Under the pieces are notes generated by a model, which was given only the letters and a program-made list of their open reading frames with translations, was not told the DNA's origin and made no database searches. A stretch of DNA of 64,000 nucleotides, taken from NCBI RefSeq assembly GCF_964194155.1, contig NC_135902.1:10230001-10294000 (forward strand), in the 5' to 3' direction. Origin of the DNA: Cetorhinus maximus. Its lineage: Eukaryota. Shown piece by piece: positions 23,140 through 35,843 of the stretch (positions are counted from its first letter, which is position 1; each line of letters starts with the position of its first letter). Both the position numbers and the translations under genes were made by a program.

Positions 23140-23370
23140 AAAACATAAAACGCTGTAAATGCTCAACAGGTCTGGCAACATCTGCGGAGAGAGAAAGAGA
23201 GTTAACCTTTCAAGTTGATGGTCTTTCATCTGTTCTGATAAAAGCTCAAGGGATTGAAACGTTTAGCCTGTTTCTCTATCCACAGATGCTGCCAGGCATG
23301 CTGAGCATTTCCACCACTTTCTCTTTTTTATTTCAGATTTCTACTATCCACAGTATTTATCTTTTGCATT
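23140..23370. mobile_element. Inverted pair of Penelope-like terminal fragments (degenerate)
   Basis: Left half CAGGTCTGGCAACATCTGCGGAGAGAG is the reverse complement of right half CTCTATCCACAGATGCTGCCAGGCATG. Confidence 0.7.
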
Positions 23371-23601
23371 AATCTTCAGGTTGTTGTAAAGACTTACCAT
23401 TGTTTGAGCTGGAGGATTAATGGAGCCCTATCTGCTTGGATGAAGCATTCAATTTTGATTGAGTCAATATGCATCCCAGTGAGATAAAGGAATGGATATT
23501 GTATTTACATGTTAATATACAACTTTAAAATTACCTCTGATTATTATCAACAACAACAACAACAAGCATTTATATAGTCCCTTCAACATAGTAGTCCCAA
23601 G

Positions 23602-24463
23602 CAATGTTCCCTTTAAAATTTAGTTGTTGTCTGCGGCCTGTTTTTTTCAGTGTGCAGTCCCTTTAAATTTATTTGCACAGCTGTTCCTACAGGTTGGGCT
23701 TGATTTTACGCTCCCCTGCCTATGAGTTTGAAGGCGGGGGCACGGTAAGTCCACTGGGGGCCCTGCCCGTTGCCTGCCCACCACAATTTTACCTGCGGTA
23801 GGGGTAGTGTCAGATGGCTGCCTGCCAGTTGGCCAATTGAGGCACTTAACTGGGAAATTAATGCCCGCTCTCGTCACTGCCAGCATTCAACTGGCAGAGA
23901 GGAAGGCCTATGCCATGTGCCCAGCCGTTTTCCCTGCATGGGCTGGTGGCGGGCAGGGTTGTGGACCCCTACTTAACAGGGCCCCTGGACCCAATGGAGG
24001 GCCTCCCGGAAAGATGTTACACCCCCAGCTTCCAACCCCCACCCACCCCACTTCACCCAGCCACCAGCCTCTCAAACCCAAGCCACTCCACCCACTTCAC
24101 AGTGCACCCCCAAAACACTTACCAAAGTACCGATCCGTTGCTGAATACCTCCTCAAGCACCGAGTGCAATACCGACAGTGCCCACCCCTCCCGGTAGCGC
24201 TGTAAGTACAGGAGAGCAGCTGGCCTCTGATTGGCCGGCAGCTCTCTAAGATGGGACCTCCTGCTCCTGAGGGGCGGAAATCCCGCCTCAATTCACTTAA
24301 TGGCCAACTGGCGGTTTAGTTGATGTGGGGCAGTGCACCAAGGTTCAGCGGGCTGCCCCCCAACATTTTAGTCAGGGGGTTTTGGGGGAAAATCCAGCCC
24401 GTTATTTCTCATGGAACAAGGTCTGCAAGCTACCTTTCAAGCTACTGCGGCTAGGGAACATTG
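23602..24463. mobile_element. hAT-like MITE
   Basis: TIRs CAATGTTCCCT / AGGGAACATTG. Degenerate 8-bp TSD (GTCCCAAG / ATCCCTAA). Confidence 0.65.
23696..24400. mobile_element. Harbinger-type MITE
   Basis: TIRs GGGCTTGATTTT / AAAATCCAGCCC with a 3-bp TSD GTT on both sides. Confidence 0.8.
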
Positions 24464-25762
24464 ATCCCTAAGGAGCATTATCAAGCAATACTTGACACCA
24501 GGCCATTGGAGCTATTAGTTCAAATGACCAAAAGCTTGGTCAAAGAGGTAGGTTTTAAGGAGCCTCTTAAAGATGAGAGGTAGAGAGGCAGCAAGCTTTA
24601 TGGAGGGAATTCCAGAGCTTAGGGGCCTCAGCAACTGAAGACACACTGCCAATGTTGGAGCAATTAAAATTGGGAGTGCACAAGAGACCAGAATTACAGA
24701 TGTACTGATGTCTTAGTGTGTTGTAGCACTAGTCATGATTACAGAGATAGGGAGAGTCAAGTTGGAGTGATTTGAAAATAAGGATGAAAACTTTAAAATC
24801 AAGGCTTTGCTTAACCAGGAAGCAGTGTAGGCCAGGGAGCAGGGGCTGATTGGGGAATGGGACCTGGTGCGAGTTAGGCCATGGGCAGCAGAGTTTGGCT
24901 GAGTTTGGGTTTATAGAGGGTGGAAGATGTGAGGCTGATGTGGACTGTGTTGAAACAGTCAAGTCCAGATGTAACAAAGGCATGAATGAGGGCTTCAGTA
25001 GTAGATGAGCTGAAGCAGGAACAGAGTTGGACAATGTTAGGGAGGTGAAAATAGGCAGTCTTAGTGATGTTGCAGAAATGTGGTTGCTTGCTGATCCTGA
25101 TTTCAAATATGACACTAAGGTTGCCAACAGTCAGGTCCTGCCTCAGACAGTTGCCAGGGAGAGGGATAGAGTCGGTGGCTAGGGAACGGAGTTTGTGGTG
25201 GGTATGGAAGACAACGGCTTTGGACTTCCCAAGTTTAGCTGGAGGAAAGTTCTGCTCATCGAGTACAGGATTGTCAGACGAGCATAATTCAGCAACAGTG
25301 AATGGGTTGAGAGAGGTTCTGATCAAGCAGAGCTGGTTATCTTCAGGGTGCATTTCGAACCTGGCATTTACAGAAAGTATCGTCGAGGGGCAGCACCGCC
25401 TTGTGGTTTCTCTACACCATACCTCTGGGACTGAGATCGTGGGAAGCCATCTGATCTCAAGTCTGCACCGAAACCATTCCTAATTGAATGCTAAGAGGAG
25501 GGTGATATTGGGATGGGGCCTCCTTTGTCCTTGCAGGGAAATGCCTTCTGGTCTACAGAAACCCTGTCTGTGGCAATGTGGGATCCTAAGCACACACAAG
25601 TTTTAAAGCATCATTTTGTTTTCTACAAGTTTAAGAGTATCACATTGCCTGTGTGAGTGCTCTTGCTAATGTTTTTATTGGCATTGCTTTTAAATCGCAG
25701 TCATTTTCTAAGTTTTGTGTTATGCACATTTGTCAAAAGATAGTTAATTATTTTAAATTTAT

Positions 25763-26128
25763 TCTTTCATGGGATGTGGGCATCACTGGTAAGGTCAGTA
25801 TTTATTGCTCATCCCTAATTGCTCTTGAACTGACTGGCTTGCTAAACCATTTCAGAAGGCAGTTAAGAGTCCACCACATTGCCGTGGGCCTGGACATGTA
25901 GGCCAGATCAGATAAGGATGGCAGATTTCCCTCCCTAAAAGGCATGATTGAACCATGTTGGTTTTCGCAACAATCAATGACACTTGACATAGTCACCATT
26001 ACTGAGACTAGCTTTCAATTCCAGATTTGTTAATTGAATTTAAATTGCACCATGGTGAGATTTGAACCCATGTCCCTAGGGCCTTGGGATTACTAATCCA
26101 GTGACATTACCGCTACGCCACTATCTCT
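25763..26128 (-). mobile_element. tRNA-headed SINE with LINE-derived tail
   Basis: Minus-strand head TGGCGTAGCGGTAATGTCACTGGA...GGTTCAAATC. A second copy lies at 31955-32278; the tail is shared with 34660 and 59700. Confidence 0.7.
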
Positions 26129-26347
26129 GTATCTGTGGACTGAAGATCATGTACAATGTCAGTGTTTTATTTTCTAATACGTGCATTTGCACCCAACATA
26201 CCCTGAGGGATACTGTTTTGAGATCTATAATGAAGATATAACAGCATAGAAAACTGCTCCTGATTTTCATATAAAGCTGTAGTATATGCAAATGGTGTGC
26301 TTACCTGAAATGGTGTCAACCTTTTTATTAAAGTTGTCTTTGTTTAG

Positions 26348-26545
26348 AGCTTGAGAAGGAGAGAACCCGAAGTATTGGAAAGGCAGCACTCGGAGGACCG
26401 TTTGCACTCATCAATCATACAGGGCAGCCCAAGACGGACAAAGACTATCTTGGCCAGTGGGTCTTGATTTACTTTGGATTCACACACTGTCCGGACATCT
26501 GTCCTGAAGAACTGGAGAAAATGATTGCCGTTGTGGATGAAATAG
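26348..26545 (+). CDS. SCO1: SCO1 exon 4 (copper-binding CxxxC)
   Basis: tttag|AG ... ATA G|gtaaaa. Translates [18 protein letters not shown]...[26 protein letters not shown]. 198 nt. Confidence 0.98.
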
Positions 26546-27029
26546 GTAAAAATTTTAGTAAAGATTGCAGCGTATGGCGATTAAAATATATACCAGAGAG
26601 CAAACGAAAGATTTTGTTGTTCAAACTGCTATCGTTTTAAATATAACTGATTTGTAATGTAACAATGAGATATATTTAAAACGTCTTTCATGTGTGAACT
26701 AACATTGAAGTGTCACTTAAGGCTAATATAGCCATAGTGTAGGTCCATAGATAGTGTAGTTCCCAGGAATTTATACAGAGTGATGTCCTAGTGCGTTTCC
26801 CTCTGTCTTGAAGTGCAGGAATCTTCATAATTTTTTCTTGAAGGCCACATTTTGTCACTCCCTCTGTCTGTCTCTGTTGGGGAGATATGAACTGAGGGAT
26901 AGGGCAACATTGAGCAGCAGGACTCCTTGATTGGGAGATCAATTTCACTGCCATTTACTTGTCTCTCGTGACCAATGAGCACCACAGTGGATGTCCAGAA
27001 CCACATTTCCTTTCTCCCAAGTGCTAGGC

Positions 27030-27775
27030 CGCATCTGTGGAGAAAGAAACAGAGATAATGTTTCAGGTCTGTGACCATTCATCAGAACTGGGAAAAGTTA
27101 GAGATGTAATCGATTTTGAGCATGGGGTGGGTGGGACAAAGGAAGGTCTGTGATAGGGTGGAAGATGGAAGAGATTGACTGACAGAAGAGTTAGTCTTCC
27201 ATGGCCAAAGGGAATGGTGATGAGGCAAGAAAAGAAACAAAGAAACAAAAAATGTACCTAGAACAGAAAGGAAAAAAAAAGACAAAAAGTGAAACATGCC
27301 AAGAAAAGGAAACAAAATGGGGCAGAGATTATGATCTGAAGTTGTTGAACTCGATGTTGAATCCGGAAGACCGTAAAGTGCCTAATCAAATGATGAGGCG
27401 CTGTTCCTTGAGTTTACATTAGCCTCACTGGAACAGTGCAGCAGGGCAAGGACAGAGATGTCAGCGAGCGAGCAGGGTGGAGAATTAGAATGACAGGCTA
27501 CTGGAAGCCCAAGGTCATGTTTATGGACTGAACGGAGGTGTTCCGCAAAGTGGTCAATCAGCCTATGTTTGATCTTCCTCAATGTAGAGCAGACCACATT
27601 GTGAGCAGCGAATACAGTAGGCTAGATTGAAAGTAGTATACGTAAATTGCTGCTTCACCTGAAAGGAGTATTTGGAGCCTAGGACGGGGTGGGGGGGGGC
27701 GTTTAAAAGAGATGTTACAGCTCCTGTGTTTGCATGGAAAGGTGCCATGGGAAGGGGACAGGGTGTTGGGGGTGA
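27030..27775 (-). mobile_element. Penelope-like element with decayed GIY-YIG endonuclease and hammerhead core
   Basis: Remnants FQVKQQFTYTTFNLAYCIRCSQCGLLYI / KHRLIDHFAEHLRSV. Minus strand CTGATGA A TGGTC ACA GACCT GAAAC. Confidence 0.85.
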
Positions 27776-28480
27776 TTCAACATTGAGTTCATCAAATTTC
27801 AGACCACGATCTCTGCCCCACTTTGTCAGTGGCACAGCTGCTCAAAGCACATTTTTTGCTTCTTTTCTTGCCCCTTCACCATTCCCTTTGGCTATTTTAG
27901 CTCCTGAGTGGGGTGTGGGGGGTGAGTTCCTGAGCAGGGGGAGGAAGTTCAGCATGGTGGGAATTGTATAAACTGCAGGGTTTTAAAACAAACACCCAAC
28001 TTTTCACTTCTTGCGCAGCAGCAATCAGGCCTCAAAAACCTGTCCTTTAGGCCACGCCCAGCAATAGAAATAAATCGCAAGGATTTAAAGGGGCCTCACA
28101 GCTGTTAGCATTCAGTCCGAGCTCCACAACAGCCATTGCTGCCACAGAACTCACGGCCCCAAAATCTCATCATGTGACCCCACGGGAGGTTGCGACCCAC
28201 ATTTTGGGAAGCCCTGATATCATCTAATCTTCTATCATTATACAAGATAGATTTAATTGGAACGGGATCTATATTTTTGCATAAAGATGTTTTGAGTATA
28301 GGAGCTGGCCTAGGGGATGTTTAATTATTTAATTCTGCACACGTGTAGAGGGACTGTAGAGAGCCATTGTAACTTGTCTAGTGCAGTCACACATGTGAAA
28401 TACACAATGTTGTGCAATGACTAGATCTCTCTATTTTGTTTGGAGTGACCTTACATCTCTCTTATACTTTCCTGTTACAG

Positions 28481-28573
28481 ACAAAGTCCCCTCTTTGCCA
28501 AACCTGACACCACTTTTGATCACAATAGATCCAGACCGAGATAATGTTGCGGCCATGGCAAGATACGTCCAAG
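28481..28573 (+). CDS. SCO1: SCO1 exon 5
   Basis: ttacag|AC ... CAA G|gtaggt. Translates (D)[30 protein letters not shown]. 93 nt. Confidence 0.96.
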
Positions 28574-28823
28574 GTAGGTTGGCTAATCTTTTGAAGAAAT
28601 AGAAAATTCTGCAGTTACGTAGCAGATCAGTTAGCATCTACAAGTAGAAAGAAAGTTAATGTTTCTGGTTTAATCCTTACTCTTTGCAGAGGCAGCTTGG
28701 TCTGTGTACCTGTACCATTTTCTGCTGTTGCTTCATGATTTGAAAAATTTGCATTTTCTTTTTTCTTTTCATCTAATTAATGTCTTTGAAAAATGCTTTC
28801 TGGAGGCCTGCTGTTGCATCCAT

Positions 28824-30160
28824 GAGCAGAATTTTGCCCTTGTCGGGCGGGTTTGGCAGGAGCGGTTGGGAAGCCGACCACTGCCCGCGATCGGGGCCAG
28901 ACTGCGATTTCACGCTTGCAGGCCAATTAAGGCCTGCCCGGTGTGAATTGTGCCTGGCAGTGCTCAGCACTGCCTGTGCGAGCGGGGGGAGGAGGATGAA
29001 CGGGAAACTTCCCATATGGGCGTGAGTGAGCGCTTGAAAACCTCCTGGAGGCACAGAGCTGCCTCAGGGAGATGAAGAGTTTTAAAAATTGCAAATAAAG
29101 ATTTAAAAAATTTAATAAAACATGTCCCCTCATGTGACTCTGTCACATGAGTAGGGACATGTTACAAATGAAATTTTAAAAGTTTTATTTTACTTTTATT
29201 TGGAGCAGGATATTGAAGTCGGCAAGTGGGGGCGGGGCCCGCTCGCCGACGCGTAAAATGACGGAATGATGTCGAGCGGAACTCCCGATGTCACCCTGTA
29301 TCATTTCAATTTTCAGGTCGGCGGGGGCGCAGCCGAATCAGCTGTGCGCCCGCTGAACTGTCAACGGCTAATTGAGGCCATTTAAAAAGTAATTGAACTC
29401 GTTAAAGGACCTGCCCGTCCAACCTTAAGGTTGGCGGGCAGGCCAGGAGCCCTGACGGGCTTCAGAAAAAGCACGAAACCTCATCCACGGGAGAGGTGAG
29501 GTTCCATGTAGGTTTTTAAAAGTTTAATAAAAGTTTAATTAAAAGTGATGGACATGTCCCAACTCATGTGACAGTGTCACATGAGGGGACATGTCAGGGA
29601 AATTTATTTTTCTATATTTAACATTTTTAAATTTGGCGCCGATCTCCCTGAGGCAGCACTTAGCCTCGGGGAGATGTGCGCTCTTTCGTGCTTAGGGAAT
29701 TCCCCCCCATCTGCACAGGGAGCGTATAGCTGGGCAGGCCTTAATTGGCCCTTCCATGTAAAATGGTGGCGTGGCCCCAATCAGGGGTGCCAATCGGAGG
29801 CGTGCCTGCATGCGCCCAATCCTGAACATCCCCGCCCCCCCCCCCCGGACGGGGAAAAATTCTGCCCTTGACGTTGGAAATCTCATTGACGGGTAAATGC
29901 AGAGGCCACTTAGCCTTTTCGCCTGCCCGCCAACCGTAAGGTTCGAAGGGCAGCAAAAAATTTAGGTTAATTATCTTTTTAATGGCCTTAATAGGCCTTT
30001 TAATTGTCGGCGTGCGCTGCCAATTGTCCCACGCGCCTGCCAACTGAAATATCGCGCGACTGCACATTGACGTCGGGATGCTCACCCGATGTCAACGTGC
30101 GTCATTTTACGCTCGAGCGGGTTGGGCGCGCGCCCGCCCACCGAGGTAAAATTTCTGCTC
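28824..30160. mobile_element. Harbinger-type MITE (outer copy)
   Basis: TIRs GAGCAGAATTTT / AAATTTCTGCTC with 3-bp TSD CAT. Confidence 0.85.
29203..29867. mobile_element. Same-family MITE nested in opposite orientation (inner copy)
   Basis: TIRs GAGCAGGATATT / AAAATTCTGCCC with 3-bp TSD TTG. Confidence 0.85.
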
Positions 30161-30442
30161 CATGAGAAAGGGAGATGGCATTAGATTAAGTACTTAATCA
30201 GCATTGTAGCATTAAAGTCTTCATTGCCTGTTTGGGTCTAGTGCCCAAGGCTTCAGCCACTCGATCTTTCATTTGGCATGTGTTATTTTTACAGCTCTTA
30301 CTACAATTTACTCTGGGACATCCTGAGGTTGTGAAAGGCACTATACAAATGCAGTCCTTTGTTTTATTACGTAGGTCTCTTTTTTAAAAAAGAAAGTACA
30401 AAATACAATGCAATACAAAGAAATCTTTGATTCTTTCCCTAG

Positions 30443-30558
30443 AATTTTCTCCAAAGTTAATTGGCTTAACAGGGTCGCGAGAGCAAATTGAAGACGTATC
30501 AAGAGCCTACAGAGTCTATTATAGCCAAGGACCTAAAGATGACGACAATGATTATATT
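30443..30558 (+). CDS. SCO1: SCO1 exon 6
   Basis: ccctag|AA ... ATT|gtaagt. Translates (E)[38 protein letters not shown]. 116 nt. Confidence 0.97.
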
Positions 30559-30619
30559 GTAAGTGAATTTATTTCCATGCCACAGTGTTTGATTGTTTTC
30601 ATTTTAAAATATTGTAGAT

Positions 30620-31920
30620 GGTAACCATTTCAGACAGGAGGAATCCTTCCATCAATCTGGTCCACATATCCACACCTCTTTGTGTATTTCTAATTAACCC
30701 TGAATCCCATTTGTTGTCACTGACTGGTCTGGTTTCTTCCTGAAACACATTAAGATTTCTTGTTCCAGCACCTTTGTGAGTAATCTTTTCCATATACTTA
30801 CTACCCTTTTAGTAAATAGGGTTTCCTCCTGCATCTCCTATTGTCTTTCATTCATAAATAGGATTCCTTGCACTTAAATGCTCTACACACAGAAAAGCTA
30901 ACTTGAATCCAATTTGTCCAAACCTGTAATAATTTTAAACATTTCTGTTGTGCCCCTTCAGAATATTCTCTTTTCAGGAAAGAAAAGACCCAGGGCAGTG
31001 AATCTTTCCTCATACGTCATTCCATCATGTTCTGGGATTAACAGTGTTCTTCTCTGTAACTTCTTCACTAACTGAATATCCTTTTTGAAACAGGAAGACA
31101 AAAAAATTGCATGCAGAACTCCTGACGTGGCCTTATCAGAGCCCAGTACAGTTTTAAAATGACTTCTCTGGATTTACATATGTATACCTCTTGCTAAACA
31201 TTCCAGCATTCTTTTTTTAAACAGTTTGGGAACATTGTGTTGATGGTTTCAGTGACCTGTTCATTAAAACTCCAAGATCTCTGCCCAGTTACAACATCTT
31301 AAATACAATCCCATTTAGCACATATTCCAGATTATCATTCTCTCTGCCAGAAACTCATAATGTTACATTTTCCCATATTGAATTGTCTCCACCCACTCAT
31401 CAAGCTTGTCAAGATCCTTTTAAGTTGGTGCACATTGATATTCATCATTTGCCACTGCTCCCTATTTAGTGTTGTCTGTAAATTTGAACACTGTGGGCAC
31501 AATTATTTCCTCTCAATCCATTATAAGAGATATAAACAGCAGCCTTACTGCTGAACCTTGTGCCATTCCACTGGTAACCGACCAGATATCTGAACACGCG
31601 CTACTGTTGTCTACAAATTAACCATTTATCAATCCATTTTCATCCATTCCCATTTATCCCAGGGGTTTAGACCATATGCAGTAGCCTATTGTGTGGGACA
31701 GTGTCAGATGTCTTCCTGGAGTCCAAGTAGTTAACATCCACTGTCTCACAACATCGGTGTCTCCCTTATCTATTAGGTCTGTTGTCTGCTCAAAGAAATC
31801 CAGTAAGTTAGTCTAGCATTCCCTCCTACTCATGATACCTTCCTTTAGCAGATTATCTTATGCCTTTCAAGATGATCCCTCATAATACTTTCAGACATTT
31901 TCCCCAAAGTGTCTTTCCGA
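30620..31920 (-). mobile_element. Old CR1-clade LINE fragment
   Basis: Degenerate RT-region similarity (TGTTGTCTGTAAATTTG = KFADN on the minus strand; GPVL-like segment). Confidence 0.55.
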
Positions 31921-31954
31921 GAAAGGCTACAAGTAGCTAGTTTTTTTTCTAATA

Positions 31955-32278
31955 CAGGATGGGATTTGGCCAGCATTTATTACCCATCCCTAATTGCCCT
32001 TGTTCAGAGGGCATTTAAGAGTCAATCACAATGCTGTGGGTCTGGAGTCACACGTAGGCCCGACTAGGTAAGGATGGTAGTGAACCAGATGGGTTTTTAC
32101 AACAATTGACAACGGTTTCATGGTCATCATTAGACTTCTAATTCCAGTTTTTTTTATTGAATTCAAATTCAATTTCCACCATCTACCGTGGTGGGATTTG
32201 AACCCAGGTCCCCAGAGCATTACCCTGGGTCTCTAGATTTCTAGTCCAGCGACAATATCTGTACGCCACTGCCTCCCC
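31955..32278 (-). mobile_element. tRNA-headed SINE (family of 25763)
   Basis: Homologous to 25763-26128. Confidence 0.7.
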
Positions 32279-33827
32279 ATTGATCCCTATTGCTTTTTTT
32301 TTGAAGATAGGAGTCACATTGTTTATTTTCCAATCTTTGGGAATGCTGTGAGTTCTGAAACATATCCGTAAGAGAACTTGCAGTCAATTCGGAATACTGG
32401 AATGAAAGTTATCAGAGCCCAAGAGTCTTATTTACCTTCAGTTTCAACAATTTCCCAAATATATCCTGTTTTGAGGTTGAAAAAGATTTCGGTCTACATT
32501 CACTTTTGAACTGTACCCCACTTTGACATTTCTCCCCCATTACTTTGGTGAACAGAATTGAAAAATAACAGCTAGATACTTAAAGCAGTTTCTCTGTCTT
32601 GGGACACCATTTCTCCCTTGTCCTTTTTCAAACTTGATGGCAAATTTGATTTTTTTTTTCCCCGTCTCAGATGAATGTTGGCTAAAAGAGAACAAGTGTG
32701 ACAACAGGAAGAAGAAAGGCCTCATGATAGCCCACAAACTCTGCATCCTTGATACTGTGAAGCAGATACAACAGGGCAACCTCTTTGCAGTTTCATTCTC
32801 ACACCTCCTAAAATAGATGCAGTGGGGAACTTTTACAATGCTAATTTAGAACCAATAAATATAGTGCGATCTGGACAGTAGTATAGATCATGGAAAACGT
32901 ATTTGTATATTTATTGCACTTTTCCCTATTAATAGAAGAGCACCATGTCATCCATTTCTTATTTACCTTGACTTAGGTTATGAATTATAGACTACTTTGT
33001 TTTTCTGAATTGCCCCTATTAGTTTAGGATTGTCACTAAGAACTTACATACAGTGAGCAAAGAGAGAATTTTGTTCCTTAGTTGGATGCAGATATGATCC
33101 TGGATCCCAGAAATTGAGTGTTTAGTTACAGATTGGTCCCAATCCGTAACTAAACTTCAGCATCGGCTGTTCCTCCAGAGGATGAGACGCTTTTGAAAAT
33201 AAAGCCTGTGTTGTCAAGTGTCGCCGCTGATTGTTTTGTAGTTTCCTTGTACTTTCAAGGCGCTGTTGGATTCCTTTGCTTTTAAACATGTTGCATTATC
33301 ATGCATAATGGGTGTATTATATGCATCCTATCTGGAAGGCACTCAGTCAATTGATGGAGCTTCATGCAAGTGCCTTAAACAATAAGCTGGGGGTTTTGCC
33401 TTGGATCTTTGTAGTCTGTAGTGTTCTGTTCCACAATAGGCAGTGCATTTAACCACCTGGGGACTTTTAATTTGTTCTTAACCCTTTAGATTACTATTAC
33501 GATGCATCTCAATTCCAGCCTCAACAAATTACTGTACAGATGCTCCATTTAATGCACCAATATTTTGGGTCTTCTAGAACTGAATTACATAATTTTGTGC
33601 AAATGAACAAGATCAGAAAGCCTTTTTGTTGATGATATTTAAAAAGCAAACCTCCTTAAAACTCTTGAAGGGGAGCATGAAGGCCAGATACAAAATCCAA
33701 AGCCAGTTTAGCTTAAAAAAAAATGAGGATTGCTTGAGTTGAAGTATTTTTCAGTTCTAATATAGAGATATGGTCAAGGATTCTGTTGCAAAAAATTAAC
33801 TGCCTTTATGTTGTCAATTTGTTTCAG

Positions 33828-33959
33828 GTTGACCATACAATAATCATGTATCTTGTTGGACCCAATGGAGAGTTTCTGGAGTATTATGGTCAGAACAAGA
33901 ATAGTGCTGAGATTTCTAGTTCTATAGCTTCACACATGAGAAGTTTCAAACGCAAGTAA
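33828..33959 (+). CDS. SCO1: SCO1 exon 7 (copper-ligand His, stop)
   Basis: tttcag|GTT. Translates [43 protein letters not shown]. Joined CDS is 918 nt = 305 aa. Confidence 0.97.
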   Translation, partial: VDHTIIMYLVGPNGEFLEYYGQNKNSAEISSSIASHMRSFKRK

Positions 33960-34021
33960 TATGAATACTTGATTGCACATCAGAAAGAAAACTGGTGAAA
34001 TCAAGCTGGCTGTTTCTGGGA

Positions 34022-34048
34022 AATAAAGGATGCAATGTTTCAAATAAA
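34022..34048 (+). terminator. Candidate SCO1 polyadenylation signals
   Basis: AATAAA at 34022 and 34043, with another near 34167. Confidence 0.5.
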
Positions 34049-34659
34049 ATAATAGTTCAAAGTTCTTTTGCGAAAGGTACAAGTTTGTACATAACATATC
34101 TGCTGCTTTTGAAAAGGTCGGCATGCGTCAAAACTGAGTAAATCCATGAACAAAGTCTGAATCATAAATAAAAATGGGAAATGCAAATGTTGGTCAGCAT
34201 CTGTGAAGACAAAGGGCTTTATTATGCTGCTTCAGGTGTGTATCCTTGATCAGAACTCTCAAAATTACAAAAATTGCCCTGTTAAGACTACGTCAATGCT
34301 TTTCTCTGCATGAGCCACCTCATCTAGTTCCACTCTCCTGCTCACTGTCCGTAGCCCATGATATTCCACCTCTTCAAGCAACTGTCTCATTCAATTTTAA
34401 AGGAATTCTTAGAATCTGCTGTAGCTACAGTTTGAGAGAGAGGACTCTCCAGCTCCCACTTGCTTTCCAATCTACCCTTTAATTAGTTTAAATTTGTGCC
34501 CTCCTGTTCCAGTCTAGCCAGCCAGCAAAATGAATCTATTGCTATTCACCTCATCCTAACCCTTTATAACCTTGAAGACCCCTGTCAGGTTATCCCTTAA
34601 CCTTTTCAGCGCTAGTGACAAAAGCCTCGACTTCTCAAGTGTCTCCATTTTTTAAAATT

Positions 34660-35000
34660 CTTCCATGAAATGTGGGAGTCACAGGCTAGGCCAGCCTTTA
34701 TTGCCTATCCCGAATTGCCCTTGGGAAGGTGGTGCCGAGCCACCTTTTTTGAACTGTTGCAGTCCATCTGGTGTAGGTACACCCACAGTGCTGTTAGGGA
34801 GGGAGTTCCAGGATTTTGACCCGGCAACAGTAAAGGAACGGCGATCTAGTTCCAAGTCAGGATGGCGTGTGGCTTGGACAGGAACATGCAAGCCGTGGTG
34901 TTCCCATGCACCTACCACCCTTGTCCTAGATGGTAGAGGCTGAGGTTTGGAAGGTGCTGTTGATGGAGGGCTGGTAACTTGTTGCAGTAAATCTTGTATT
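34660..35000 (-). mobile_element. CR1/L2-group LINE 3' end
   Basis: Remnant RSFTVAGSKSWNSLPNSTVGVPTPDGLQQFKK. Homologous to 59700-59797 plus 61557-61905. Confidence 0.7.
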
Positions 35001-35843
35001 TGATATCTTAGCACTTAAGGTGCATTTTTCTCAATGGGTTTCTTCAAAGTTATCAACAGTACACACCACACAGGCTGCGTAACTAACAGCCAGCGGCACT
35101 GTCTGCCCTTGGAGATTTAACATAGTCTACATAGAGGCACTTCAAAGTAGTGTCATGTGAACAAAGTTTCCCCTGGATGTTTAGTACAGCCCCGTCCATA
35201 TAAACCATTGGAATAGACGGGCAGCACATTGTTTAAATGGTAAACCAATGACGTCTCTGACAGTGAGGGATTCTTGGCCTAGCTTATTAGGTCAACCATG
35301 ATATGGAGCTCAAACCCAAAGTCTTTTGGCCCAGAAGCTTAGGTGCTATCCATTGAGCTAAGGTGATGCATGATGACAAGTTTAATATTTGCTTCTCTTT
35401 AGCCTCTTCTTCTGAAGACAGATCGCCATGTTAGGCTGTCATTCCACGAAAACAGTCAGTTATCTTAGGTGCTAAGGCAGGTGACCATTCTTCATTTGTG
35501 ACCCTAGATAATATTAGCAGCTCTCTGAACTGGGGTAGGGGTGGTGCTGGAATGGGGGGTGGGGTCACAGGAACACGGAAAACAGAAGAGAATTATAGTT
35601 GAACTTGATTGGCCCTTACTGGCCATCCATGTAACTACATTTTCCAGATGGTCTTGCTGTGTGGTGCAGCTAATATTTACCTTCCCCATTGCTTGGGTAC
35701 TATTGCACACAATCATATCTAAAATCTGTTAATTTGATTCTTGTATTATCCAACATCTTTTCAAGGTATAATAAGTCAACTTGGTCGAACTGAATTTAAA
35801 TTCCTGTATCTTTGAGATCTCGCAGCCAGACTTGATTATATAT

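Larger units (their letters stand above)
23548..25340 (-). mobile_element. L2-like LINE interrupted by nested DNA transposons
   Basis: (CAA)n tail at about 23550. ORF2 remnant HFCNITKTAYFHLPNI...TEALIHAFVTSGLDCFN. Confidence 0.8.
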
